Source: an uncultured Elusimicrobiales bacterium (GTDB lineage: Bacteria > Elusimicrobiota > Elusimicrobia > Elusimicrobiales > Elusimicrobiaceae). From it: 42,080 nucleotides of DNA. The position numbers were made by a program, and so were the translations under genes. How positions within the stretch are numbered: the stretch's first letter is position 1; every line of letters begins with the position of its first letter. Below are positions 16,440-24,700 of this stretch, piece after piece. The notes under the pieces are model-generated. The model saw only the letters and a program-made list of their open reading frames with translations. It did no database searches and was not told the origin of the DNA. The DNA is taken from assembly GCA_905235355.1 (NCBI GenBank), contig CAJOLM010000004.1:1-42080 (forward strand), read 5' to 3'.

Positions 16440-18026
16440 TTAGTGCGCGTCCGGGATGGCGGCGCCGCCTTGCGCCTCTTGTGCGGCCTGCAGTGCTTGC
16501 GCGCGCTGCTGGCGGATACGTTGCGTTTCTTCTTCGGAGCGGAGCATCACGGGCGGCACGCCCAGCAGCCCCAATCCTTCCTCCAGCGCAGCATCAAAAT
16601 CCACTTTGTCTAACACTTCCGGATTTCCCTGCGCCAGGCTGGCGGTAAAAGCAACGCCTTGTGAAATAGCCGCCATGCCGCTTTGTTTTTGTGCCTGCGC
16701 AATCATAGAAACGTATTGGATTTTAAGCTCCTCTCCTTCAATGGATTGCGGCGGCATCGGGATCACTCCGCGGCGCAGCATAATAGCGAAGGTGCGCTCT
16801 ACCAGCGGGTCTAATAATTCATTTTTAAGCCGCTCCAGCACCGGGCCTAACACGAGCATTTTTTCCTGGTGACGCTCGGCCACTTCGGCAGCGGTCATGC
16901 GGCTAAAGTTTTGGCTGCTGAGCATCAAAAACACATCTGCAAAAAATTGCCCGCGAATGGTTTGTTTGACGCGCTCAATACTGGCTTCCAGCGCATTTAA
17001 ATCCACCGGTACTTGATAGGCCGGCTTGACAGCAGCATCCGTCGTGCCGTTGTAGCGTGTTAAACCGCCGGGCAGCAAATTGACTTCGCCCTGCACATTA
17101 GAAGAAACCATCATGGGCGGATTGGTATTTTTATCAAGGGCGACCAGTTTTGTCTTTTGCATTTTCTGCAACATTTTTACGTCGCCCAAAGCCTTCCAAC
17201 CCGGTCCGCGTCCGTAAATGTCAGACGAGTTGCGCACTTCCCACCGCGCCGCAATAACCGGAAATTCCTGATATCCGCCGCGTTTAAGCAGCTGCCCTTG
17301 CGGGGTGAAATAGGCTGACACATATGGCATATGTCCGACGTCTGCCTTACTGTCATCACGCTGCGGATTAGGCATAATTACGTGGCGCACTTTGTACCAA
17401 CCGTTGCGTTTTTCTTTGGCAGCACGCAGCACCTGATCCGGCAAATGCGCCGCGCCAAAACGCTCCAGCAGTTGCTGCGCGGTTAAATCAAATTCACGTC
17501 CAAATGCGTTGATATTGCCTTGGTCGTCCGTACCCAGCACATATTCCCCCGCCGTAAACAAGCGGCAAGAGATGACCTTGTCAAAATCTTCTTCCAACAA
17601 AAAGGCCGCCGTGCCAAACACAGAAATTTCTTGATAAAACCCATGCAATGCATAGTACAGATTAGAGCGCGAAAAAACCTCTTCCATGCGGCGGCGCACT
17701 TCATAAAGCCAATCTTGCACGCCGCTTTGTTTCATCAGTTTTTCGTCAGGCAAACTGAGTTCAAACCAGCTGCGGCTGGGGCTTGTCAGGCCCGATACCA
17801 TACCGGCACTTAATACTTCTACTGCCAGCAGCGGATCGGAATCAATCAGGCTGCGGTGGTCAATTTTGCGCCCGTCGCTGGGGCGGTCCCCTTCAAAAAA
17901 ACCGCGCGTCGGTGCGATATAGCGCGAAAGCTCCTTCCAGCTTTTTTGCCAATCTTGCGCGTCGGTTTTCATACTGTCATATTGCCGGCGAAATGCGTCG
18001 GCAGCGAGTGGATTATTTGTGTTCAT
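16440..18026 (-). CDS. Portal / head-to-tail connector (T7-like, Bbp21-type)
   Basis: W.EL..YI.P.RG.F, L.AG..SGLTSPSR.WF.L, F..SN.Y, FGTA, RW......YGRGPG..ALGD.K.LQ, MTA.EV.ER..EK...LGPVLERL. Confidence 0.95.
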   Translation of the reverse strand: MNTNNPLAADAFRRQYDSMKTDAQDWQKSWKELSRYIAPTRGFFEGDRPSDGRKIDHRSLIDSDPLLAVEVLSAGMVSGLTSPSRSWFELSLPDEKLMKQSGVQDWLYEVRRRMEEVFSRSNLYYALHGFYQEISVFGTAAFLLEEDFDKVISCRLFTAGEYVLGTDDQGNINAFGREFDLTAQQLLERFGAAHLPDQVLRAAKEKRNGWYKVRHVIMPNPQRDDSKADVGHMPYVSAYFTPQGQLLKRGGYQEFPVIAARWEVRNSSDIYGRGPGWKALGDVKMLQKMQKTKLVALDKNTNPPMMVSSNVQGEVNLLPGGLTRYNGTTDAAVKPAYQVPVDLNALEASIERVKQTIRGQFFADVFLMLSSQNFSRMTAAEVAERHQEKMLVLGPVLERLKNELLDPLVERTFAIMLRRGVIPMPPQSIEGEELKIQYVSMIAQAQKQSGMAAISQGVAFTASLAQGNPEVLDKVDFDAALEEGLGLLGVPPVMLRSEEETQRIRQQRAQALQAAQEAQGGAAIPDAH

Positions 18027-18116
18027 ACATCCCCTTTGTGAAATAAACTAAAATTGTACTAACCGGGTAGGACCAAAATTTATTACTATATAAGAAACTA
18101 CATCTGGAGGCACACC

Positions 18117-18293
18117 ATGGGTGGCATGATTTTGATTTTGATATTTGCGGCGTTGCTGGCTTTTCCGGGATTTTACATCATTACGCACGGACTATTTCCG
18201 CGCGGCAGCAAAAAGAAAGCCGCTTGGATTTCCGCCATACTGACGGTGATTTTACTGGTACTGCTGACTACGCTTATGTTAGGCACGCTGTAA
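18117..18293 (+). CDS. 58 aa two-TM membrane protein antisense to the module (below the ORF-track cutoff)
   Basis: GGAGG RBS at 18106-18110. Translation: MGGMILILIFAALLAFPGFYIITHGLFPRGSKKKAAWISAILTVILLVLLTTLMLGTL*. Confidence 0.75.
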   Translation: MGGMILILIFAALLAFPGFYIITHGLFPRGSKKKAAWISAILTVILLVLLTTLMLGTL

Positions 18294-18387
18294 GCGTGCG
18301 CGGGGCCGTGTACCGGTCCACGGGAAGAACTGCTTTTCGGGAAGTGTACGTCTAGAGTACGGCTGCTACTTTTCTACTGACAAGCTA

Positions 18388-18416
18388 ATTATAGCATAAT
18401 TTGTTAGCATTGTCAA
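18388..18416 (-). promoter_or_regulatory. Perfect sigma70 promoter facing the portal-capsid genes
   Basis: Minus strand TTGACA (18416-18411), 17 bp spacer, TATAAT (18393-18388), with extended -10 TG. Confidence 0.8.
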
Positions 18417-18503
18417 GTATTTTTGTTAGTAAAACATATATTTTACGTCGTAAAAATATTTTATAAAAGTTAGTATTTTTTATCAATCCAGATAAAAATA
18501 ATA

Positions 18504-19826
18504 TTAAATCACATCATATTCCGTGCGTGCAAAATGTGGTTGCACAGCGCGCCTTTGCACCGGCAGGGCAAATGTCAGCGCCAGCGCATCTGCCAAATCC
18601 GGGCTGCGCCCACTGCGTGCTTTTAGTGCGTCTTTGCTCTCCAAACGCAAGCGGCCCGCCGGGTCAAAATCATAGCGCAGCCCGCACAAATCCGCCTTCA
18701 GTTCCGGTAATGCCGGCAGTGCGCCGCCCGCTTGCAGCCACTCTTTCAAATTTCCCCACATCTCCGCGCGCTTGTTAGCATATTGCCCGGCTTTAAGCGG
18801 CGACGCTCCAAAATTGATTTCCGTCACTTCAAACCCTAATTGATGCAGCCTATCAATCACGCCGCCGCCGCAACCCGCGTCAATAAATACCGCATCCGGG
18901 CGAAACTCCTCTATGGCTGCTGCCACACGCGCAGCCAGTGTCATGTGATCTATTTTTTGAAACACTTCCGGCGCATACGCCTGCAAACCGCGCCGCTTAA
19001 AAATCACGCTGCGGTCCGCCCCAAAGCGCGCCGGATCTACCCCGATAATTTTAGGCGCGTGCGCCACCTCCGCAGATGCATACGCGCGCCCGCACGCCTC
19101 TGACACTAAACTCATGGGAATAAAAACATCTTCGGCATCAGCGGTAAAATCGCACAAATATTCTTGGCGGAACAAATGCTCCGGCGTACGGCGGCGTATT
19201 TCTTCCAACTCTTGCGCTGCAATCACGCCCGTTTCATCAGCGGGAAAAACCCCGCACCACCAATGCGCCGGGTCTGTTTGCGCAGCTTTGCACGCCTCGT
19301 TATACAGCTCGTAAAATTGATTTTGCCCCTTCGGTGTGCCCATAAACACCACCCAGCCGCCGCGCGAAAGCAACATAGGGCGCACAATTTCGTCATACAC
19401 ATCTTTTTTAATTTGCGCGTACTCGTCCAGGATTACTCCGTCGGCATACGTGCCGCGCAAGGCATCGGGATTATCCGCCCCCAGCAGCCAAATCTTGGCC
19501 CCCGTCGGCAAACTGACGCACAGCTCCGCTTCAGACAGTTTAATCCCGGGCAGCGGCGCCGCAAAGCGTTTGACATAATCCCACGCAATCAACTTTGCCT
19601 GTTTTAAAAAAGGCGCAATATAAAAATACCGCCCCGCAGGACGTGTATTTTGCAGCGCACTTTTCAACAGATGATTGACCGCACACACGGTTTTACCCAT
19701 TTGGCGATGCGTTACCAGTACGCAAAAGCGGTGACTTTCTAGTGCCTCATGGATAAGAGGCTGCGGCGGGCGCGGCTTGTACGGGATAGTCACGGCAGCA
19801 GAGGCGGATTTTTGGGTACGCGGCAT
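18504..19826 (-). CDS. terL: Terminase large subunit
   Basis: IPYKPR..Q, HRQMGKT (Walker A), LLGADNPDALRG...DGVILDEYA (Walker B), GTPKG.N.FY, QEY.CDF, GVDPARFG.D and SPD.ADALALTFA nuclease motifs. Confidence 0.95.
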   Translation of the reverse strand: MPRTQKSASAAVTIPYKPRPPQPLIHEALESHRFCVLVTHRQMGKTVCAVNHLLKSALQNTRPAGRYFYIAPFLKQAKLIAWDYVKRFAAPLPGIKLSEAELCVSLPTGAKIWLLGADNPDALRGTYADGVILDEYAQIKKDVYDEIVRPMLLSRGGWVVFMGTPKGQNQFYELYNEACKAAQTDPAHWWCGVFPADETGVIAAQELEEIRRRTPEHLFRQEYLCDFTADAEDVFIPMSLVSEACGRAYASAEVAHAPKIIGVDPARFGADRSVIFKRRGLQAYAPEVFQKIDHMTLAARVAAAIEEFRPDAVFIDAGCGGGVIDRLHQLGFEVTEINFGASPLKAGQYANKRAEMWGNLKEWLQAGGALPALPELKADLCGLRYDFDPAGRLRLESKDALKARSGRSPDLADALALTFALPVQRRAVQPHFARTEYDVI

Positions 19827-20345
19827 TTATTTCTCCCACCGCACGGAAATAATTTGCGGCGCGGAAAGAGCTTCCTTTCCGTCGGTCCAACCTAAAATAT
19901 TTTTAGCCGTAAACACCGCAAAAGACGACGAATAATTACCGCGCAAACTATTTTGAATTAAAATATCGCCCTGCAAATCGCGCGCTTTTTTGGCAGCTTG
20001 CGCAAAGTCCGGATATGCTTCTTCCCACTGCATCAGCTGCACTTGCGTCACGCCTAAACTGCGCGCAAACGCCGCAAAGGTGGGCAGTTCCGAGGCGGTT
20101 TCCACCAAGGAAATAGAGCCGTCCTTTTTTTGCACTTCCGTCACTCTAAAAGGCGGCACGTCAAAAAACGCCAATAGGCGCGCGGCAAATTCCGGCTGGT
20201 ACGCAAGCTCGCCCACGGCCTTTGCGCGGCGTTTGGCGGGCTTTTTGCGCGTTTTACGCACTGTAGGTACTTTGGACGCACGCTTGGCAGCGTCCGACAC
20301 AGTTTCCTCTACAGGAAACAGTAAATTTTCATTAGACTCACTCAC
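19827..20345 (-). CDS. terS: Terminase small subunit (P22 gp3-like) with a basic N-terminal extension
   Basis: LPTF..FA..LGV....L..W...YP.F..A...A...Q...L....L.G.Y...FAVF.AKN..GW.D. Abuts TerL. GTG start with AGGAG RBS. Confidence 0.8.
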   Translation of the reverse strand: MSESNENLLFPVEETVSDAAKRASKVPTVRKTRKKPAKRRAKAVGELAYQPEFAARLLAFFDVPPFRVTEVQKKDGSISLVETASELPTFAAFARSLGVTQVQLMQWEEAYPDFAQAAKKARDLQGDILIQNSLRGNYSSSFAVFTAKNILGWTDGKEALSAPQIISVRWEK

Positions 20346-20422
20346 GACTACTCCTGCGGGAAGCTATAGTGGCACCGGGCGGTGCACATATAGAAAACGA
20401 AGAAAATAAGGACAAAAAAATA

Positions 20423-20479
20423 TACAAACCGGGAACGTTTGTACAAATATATTATAGCAGATTTTACGGATTTTGTCAA
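20423..20479 (-). promoter_or_regulatory. Perfect sigma70 promoter for terS-terL with a downstream operator-like palindrome
   Basis: Minus strand TTGACA (20479-20474), 17 bp spacer, TATAAT (20456-20451), extended -10 TG. TACAAAC-N7-GTTTGTA at 20423-20443, just after the predicted start site. Confidence 0.78.
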
Positions 20480-20540
20480 ATTTCAGACGAAGAAACGGCG
20501 CATTTTATGCGTTTTTCGCGTTTTATGAGTTGCGGGAAGT

Positions 20541-22031
20541 TTATTTCAGACCGTCCAGCCATTGCCAAAACTTTTCTTCAAAGTCTGACAGGCTGTTGTA
20601 ATAATAGACTTTTTTGAGGGCTTTTTCCAAGCTGTACGGCTGATAGACAGAATTGCCAGCCTTGTCTTTAAGCGGATATCCGGTGACCGGGTCGCGTTTC
20701 AATTCCCCTTGCGCCAGCAGCTTGGTAAGCTGTTCAAACTGCATACGGTTAGACGGAGAGCTGCCACCGCTGCGGTTAAGCAAAAAGCGCACCATGGCAT
20801 AGGCTTGTAAATACCAATCCTGCGTGCGGCCTTGTTTCTCCATAGCAGCGAGGGAGCCTTCTTGGATAAATTTGTCAAAGGATACAAATACAACCCGGCG
20901 GCCTCTGCGCCGCGCTCCGGCAGGTTTAGGGGTGCGGCCCAAAATGCCCGCACTGCGCGTTTGTATTTTATGGTCGGGGACAATATTGAATTTACGCAAA
21001 TCCTGCGACCATTGCCCACCCTGCGACCCATTGTAGGCTTGGTCTTCCATATAAACCGCCAGACCTTCGTCTAACCAAACCGGCGTCATCAGTTTTGTGC
21101 TGCCCTTGGGAGCAAAAAATTGCTGCGTAAACACGTGTACTAATTCATGCGTAAACACTTCTTGCAATTCTTTTTGCTTGCCCGGTTCGTCATACACAAC
21201 CAGTTCGTCACGTGTAGGATAAGACAAAGCGCGCGTCCATGCTTTGGCACGCGGCTCGTATTTTAAATAATTGTCATGGTCTTGATAAACAAACACGCGC
21301 ACTTTCCCCGACATCATCCATGGAATATTGCGCCGCAATGTCTCATAAGCTGCTTCAAAAGTCATTTGCATATTAGACGAGCCAATGCCGCTACTACGCG
21401 CCTGCGTATAGATATTAAAATGTGTGCTTTGGCTGGGTTTCCAGGTAACACCCGGGCGATATTCATTGGGGTCAAACGCGGCTTTAGTTTTGGCGGGCGC
21501 AGCAACCGCAACAGACGCAGCAGCGGACGTTTGCCCGGCAGAAACAGCAGATGCGGCGGATGAAGAAGCAGCGGGTTGTGCTTGTCCATCTGCCAAATGT
21601 GAATATTTATCAATAAAAGCTTTTTGTTTATCCGATAAGCTGGCAGCCGGGACGGCAGCATTTCCGGACGGAACAGCCGCAGCAGAGGAAGATTTTGGCT
21701 GCTTTTCCCCTTCGGCCAGTGCATTGTTCTGGTCAATAGCTTGCTCCGTAGCGGTCACACGCGGAGCAGACGCAGCCGAAACAGCAACACTTTCTGGCAC
21801 CGGAACGGTTGGGGTATCGTATAAAGCGGCTTGTTTAAGAAGGGTAAGGCTTGTAGAGGCGGGCGCCTCTTGTATTGCTTCGGCAGGGGCTGCAGCAACC
21901 TTGTCAGCTGTTTGTGCAAACGCACTTGTCCAACAACCCACACAGCAAACAATTATCAAACAGCGCAGCAAAGTGTTACAGATAATCCCCGCCTTGAGTA
22001 ATTGCATATTGCAGTTTCCAATCATCCCCAT
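20541..22031 (-). CDS. Exported zinc metallopeptidase (peptidase MA/gluzincin-like) with an Ala-rich N-terminal region; start uncertain
   Basis: Signal-like LIIVCCVGCWTSAFA|Q, THELVH...PVWLDEGLAVY.E, and Y..AY..V.FL. Confidence 0.75.
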   Translation of the reverse strand: MGMIGNCNMQLLKAGIICNTLLRCLIIVCCVGCWTSAFAQTADKVAAAPAEAIQEAPASTSLTLLKQAALYDTPTVPVPESVAVSAASAPRVTATEQAIDQNNALAEGEKQPKSSSAAAVPSGNAAVPAASLSDKQKAFIDKYSHLADGQAQPAASSSAASAVSAGQTSAAASVAVAAPAKTKAAFDPNEYRPGVTWKPSQSTHFNIYTQARSSGIGSSNMQMTFEAAYETLRRNIPWMMSGKVRVFVYQDHDNYLKYEPRAKAWTRALSYPTRDELVVYDEPGKQKELQEVFTHELVHVFTQQFFAPKGSTKLMTPVWLDEGLAVYMEDQAYNGSQGGQWSQDLRKFNIVPDHKIQTRSAGILGRTPKPAGARRRGRRVVFVSFDKFIQEGSLAAMEKQGRTQDWYLQAYAMVRFLLNRSGGSSPSNRMQFEQLTKLLAQGELKRDPVTGYPLKDKAGNSVYQPYSLEKALKKVYYYNSLSDFEEKFWQWLDGLK

Positions 22032-22398
22032 CCTTCACAAAAGAAGCTACCACTTTAAAATCAGTAGAGGCGTATGGGTTGTCAATGGTACAAGTATACG
22101 TAGGTTCGGCAGCATCACAACCACCATTCGCATTTACCGTTTTACAATACATGTAAGGGCCGTTGCTATCTCCTTGCATATCCCGGTAATAGGCCTCCGG
22201 TGTTTTGGCTCCCCACAAGGCATTTACTTCTGCCATACAGGTTTGGATGAGCACTTGCGCAGACACCGTACGGCGGGTTTTTCGTGCGGACGTCGTGCGC
22301 GATAAACTGGCGCGCAAGAGCATAGTAGCAATACCCGATAGGATTAATGCGACTAGCAACACTTGCATCAAAGCGGCACCTTTTTTATTGAGTTTCAT
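21976..22398 (-). CDS. Minor pilin, PilX/GspK-like
   Basis: MKLNKKG|AALMQVLLVALIL lacks Glu5, as PilX does. Last pilin of the cluster. Confidence 0.7.
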   Translation of the reverse strand: MKLNKKGAALMQVLLVALILSGIATMLLRASLSRTTSARKTRRTVSAQVLIQTCMAEVNALWGAKTPEAYYRDMQGDSNGPYMYCKTVNANGGCDAAEPTYTCTIDNPYASTDFKVVASFVKDGDDWKLQYAITQGGDYL

Positions 22399-22406
22399 AG
22401 CTCCCC

Positions 22407-23111
22407 CTAATATCCCATTGGCATGGCAAAGGTCTCTTCTATCACATCATTGACTACCGGATTACTGCGCAGTTCTACAATCAGTTTCACATCAAGCAAA
22501 CTGTTCATATTACGGCTAAATCCATTGCGTGTAAACAGCGGCACAGGATAGTAAACTGACGAGGATATCTGTGTAGTAGGCGAAATATATTTCACATTGT
22601 TTAACACCAAATTTGTATCGTCTCCAGTGGTATCGTCATCACATTCAGCAAAGTCACTGCTACTAACCACCCGGTAAATAGCTCCTCCGCGGTACGCAGC
22701 AGATGGCACAATCGGGCTAGCATTGTCCGTTCCGCGTTTGAAGCAATATGTGACATATTCTGGAGTGTAAGAAGAACTTAAACGGGCTCCTTGGGAATCT
22801 ACATTTTTGGCTAACTTTAGTAAAGCAACAGGACTGGCATTATTCAATGTCAATTCTCCTGCGATTCCATCTGACGGAATATAGGAAGCTTCTGCCATAT
22901 CCTGACGCAAAGTACGTACAAAGATAGATAAATTATTACGCAGCATAATTTTGCTACGACCCACGCTCCCTTCCCGAGAGGCAGCCCGCGTTAGTGCCGC
23001 TAGCGAAATACCAATCAATCCAATGATCATGACAGCCAGCAACACCTCTGTCAAGGTAAAACCGCGAGAGGTACGGCCCAATTGGTGAAAGAAGTGATAT
23101 GTATGTCTCAT
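22407..23111 (-). CDS. Minor pilin, PilW/GspJ-like
   Basis: SRG|FTLTEVLLAVMIIGLIG...LRQDMAEA. ATGA overlap with the upstream gene. Confidence 0.8.
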   Translation of the reverse strand: MRHTYHFFHQLGRTSRGFTLTEVLLAVMIIGLIGISLAALTRAASREGSVGRSKIMLRNNLSIFVRTLRQDMAEASYIPSDGIAGELTLNNASPVALLKLAKNVDSQGARLSSSYTPEYVTYCFKRGTDNASPIVPSAAYRGGAIYRVVSSSDFAECDDDTTGDDTNLVLNNVKYISPTTQISSSVYYPVPLFTRNGFSRNMNSLLDVKLIVELRSNPVVNDVIEETFAMPMGY

Positions 23112-23602
23112 AAAGTAAATCCATTGCAAGTAATGTTAAATGTTACTGAATAAGACAGCTTGGCTGTAGTTCCTAACTGCAAACTATCTTTATCAGAGTT
23201 CTTAAGCTTATTGCGCACATCCGTGTTAGCCCCAACTACCGTATATGAAAACGAAGACCCATTAGACGTATCGCACATAGGCGGTAATAAACAATTAATA
23301 TAATGAGGATTTCCTGTAGCGACTGGATCCGTTTCATCTTGATACCCACACAATCCATGTTGATATAACGTACTTCCAGTAATTGCCGCGCTTGCGCTAT
23401 CAGGGACGGTATACACTTGCAACATTTGAGCTGCCCGGTCCACTGCCAGTGCCATTTCTTCGCGGATATCCGGCTGCGCCGTTTTGCGCGAAGTAGAAAG
23501 CAACACGCCAAAAGTACCGGTTGCTACTACTGCTAGCAACATCAAAGCGATCAACCCTTCTAGTAAGGTAACGCCTTTGTTATTCTTTAAAATTTTTCTC
23601 AT
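23108..23602 (-). CDS. Minor pilin, PilV/GspI-like
   Basis: MRKILKNNKG|VTLLEGLIALMLLAVV. Confidence 0.8.
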   Translation of the reverse strand: MRKILKNNKGVTLLEGLIALMLLAVVATGTFGVLLSTSRKTAQPDIREEMALAVDRAAQMLQVYTVPDSASAAITGSTLYQHGLCGYQDETDPVATGNPHYINCLLPPMCDTSNGSSFSYTVVGANTDVRNKLKNSDKDSLQLGTTAKLSYSVTFNITCNGFTL

Positions 23603-23612
23603 ATCGTCCCTC

Positions 23613-24197
23613 TTATTTAGCGTTATCCTGCACGACCATGTCTCGTAATACGAACATGTGATACGGATCAGCTGCGGTGCTGTCGTAAGCATATTTTTTC
23701 CCGGCTTGATTGGTACCTAAAGCACCCACATATACCGGTCCGTCGGATTCCATACTGCCATCTGACGATCCACGGCAAGGGCTATCGGTGCCTGACCACG
23801 AGTTTGTATCGCAGATATAAAACCTATAAGGCAAGTCCGAAAAATCACGCCAATTTAAATATCCGCACGCAAATAATTGCCCAAAACTGATACCGGCAGA
23901 AACATGAGGCACGCCGCTGGCTATGACATTAGAACACGTCGGAGTTTGCTCCATAAGAGAAAGAATTTCTGAACCGGCAAAAGACCCCGCTGCCACATCA
24001 GACCCCTTGCTGATTTGATAATAATGCCGCCGCGCTTCGGCCAGTTTTTTCAGGGCCGCTTGGGCGCGTGCATTTTTAACATCATAACGCACAGAACGGA
24101 AAATCGGCATAGCAAAACTCATTACTAGTGCTACTAGTGCGATAACTAGTAATACAAATAAAATTTCCATGAGGGTAAAACCTTTTTTGTGCGTCAT
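23613..24197 (-). CDS. Type IV pilin-like protein
   Basis: MTHKKG|FTLMEILFVLLVIALVALV, with L.ACGYL motif shared with its neighbour. Confidence 0.85.
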   Translation of the reverse strand: MTHKKGFTLMEILFVLLVIALVALVMSFAMPIFRSVRYDVKNARAQAALKKLAEARRHYYQISKGSDVAAGSFAGSEILSLMEQTPTCSNVIASGVPHVSAGISFGQLFACGYLNWRDFSDLPYRFYICDTNSWSGTDSPCRGSSDGSMESDGPVYVGALGTNQAGKKYAYDSTAADPYHMFVLRDMVVQDNAK

Positions 24198-24215
24198 ATT
24201 TATCTGTCCTTAAAA

Positions 24216-24696
24216 TTAAAGTGCTAATTCTATCCCTATTCCGTCTTGGCTTACACAGTATCTTTTATTTTTATATGAGGCAGGTACACGCGCTGTTGAT
24301 TTGGCACTCATACAAGCAAGATAATCGGCACTACACCCAGCCCCAGCTGCACGAATAGAAAGTGAAATATGTACCAGACCAGTCTGAATTGTCCAAATAT
24401 CCGCACGCAATCAGCTGATTGATAGGTACGGAAGTCTGCATGCCTAAACGAAATATACAATCGGTATCACGAGACACATTCGTCATTTGACCGGCGGCAG
24501 AAAAAGTTAGATTTGGATAATCTATCCAAGCACGCTCTAAGGCATTTGCCAATTGGTCCGTCTGGGCTTTCGCCTGGGTCCAACGCCCCTCTGCCACAGA
24601 ATTACGATATTGTGTGGTCGCAAAGGCTGCCAGCAGCCCGATAATGGTGGCTGCTACCAATAATTCTACCAATGTAAATCCTTTTTTATTTATCAT
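24216..24696 (-). pseudogene. Type IV pilin-like gene with an apparent frameshift near 24341-24350
   Basis: MINKKG|FTLVELLV... stops at 24331, but the shifted frame continues AGCSADYLACMSAK...YCVSQDG and ends at 24216, just before the next RBS. This matches the C..CM...C tail of the upstream pilin. Confidence 0.7.
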
Positions 24697-24700
24697 ACGT

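Larger units (their letters stand above)
4999..20345 (-). mobile_element. Podovirus-type (BPP-1/T7-like) structural-only module: GTA-like element or cryptic prophage
   Basis: Syntenic TerS-TerL-portal-hyp-scaffold-capsid-decoration-adaptor-nozzle-acetyltransferase-ejection proteins-fibre-holin. No integrase, replication, repressor or endolysin gene in or next to it. Confidence 0.85.

Noticed and set aside
18294-18385. tRNA, tmRNA, SRP or 6S RNA
   Set aside because: No cloverleaf, T-loop or SRP GGAA-loop consensus was found. Kept only as a possible structured leader.
4999-20345. Diversity-generating retroelement, suggested by the BPP-1-like head genes
   Set aside because: No reverse transcriptase, no Avd-like gene, and no TR/VR repeat pair matching the fibre 3' end was seen.
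4999-20345. Complete inducible prophage
   Set aside because: No integrase, att repeats, repressor, replication or endolysin genes, and both flanks are host-type loci. A decayed prophage remnant cannot be excluded.
21424-22305. 293 aa plus-strand ORF, and similar long antisense ORFs at 1679-2278, 30111-30689 and 35758-36498
   Set aside because: Shadow frames of well-supported minus-strand genes.
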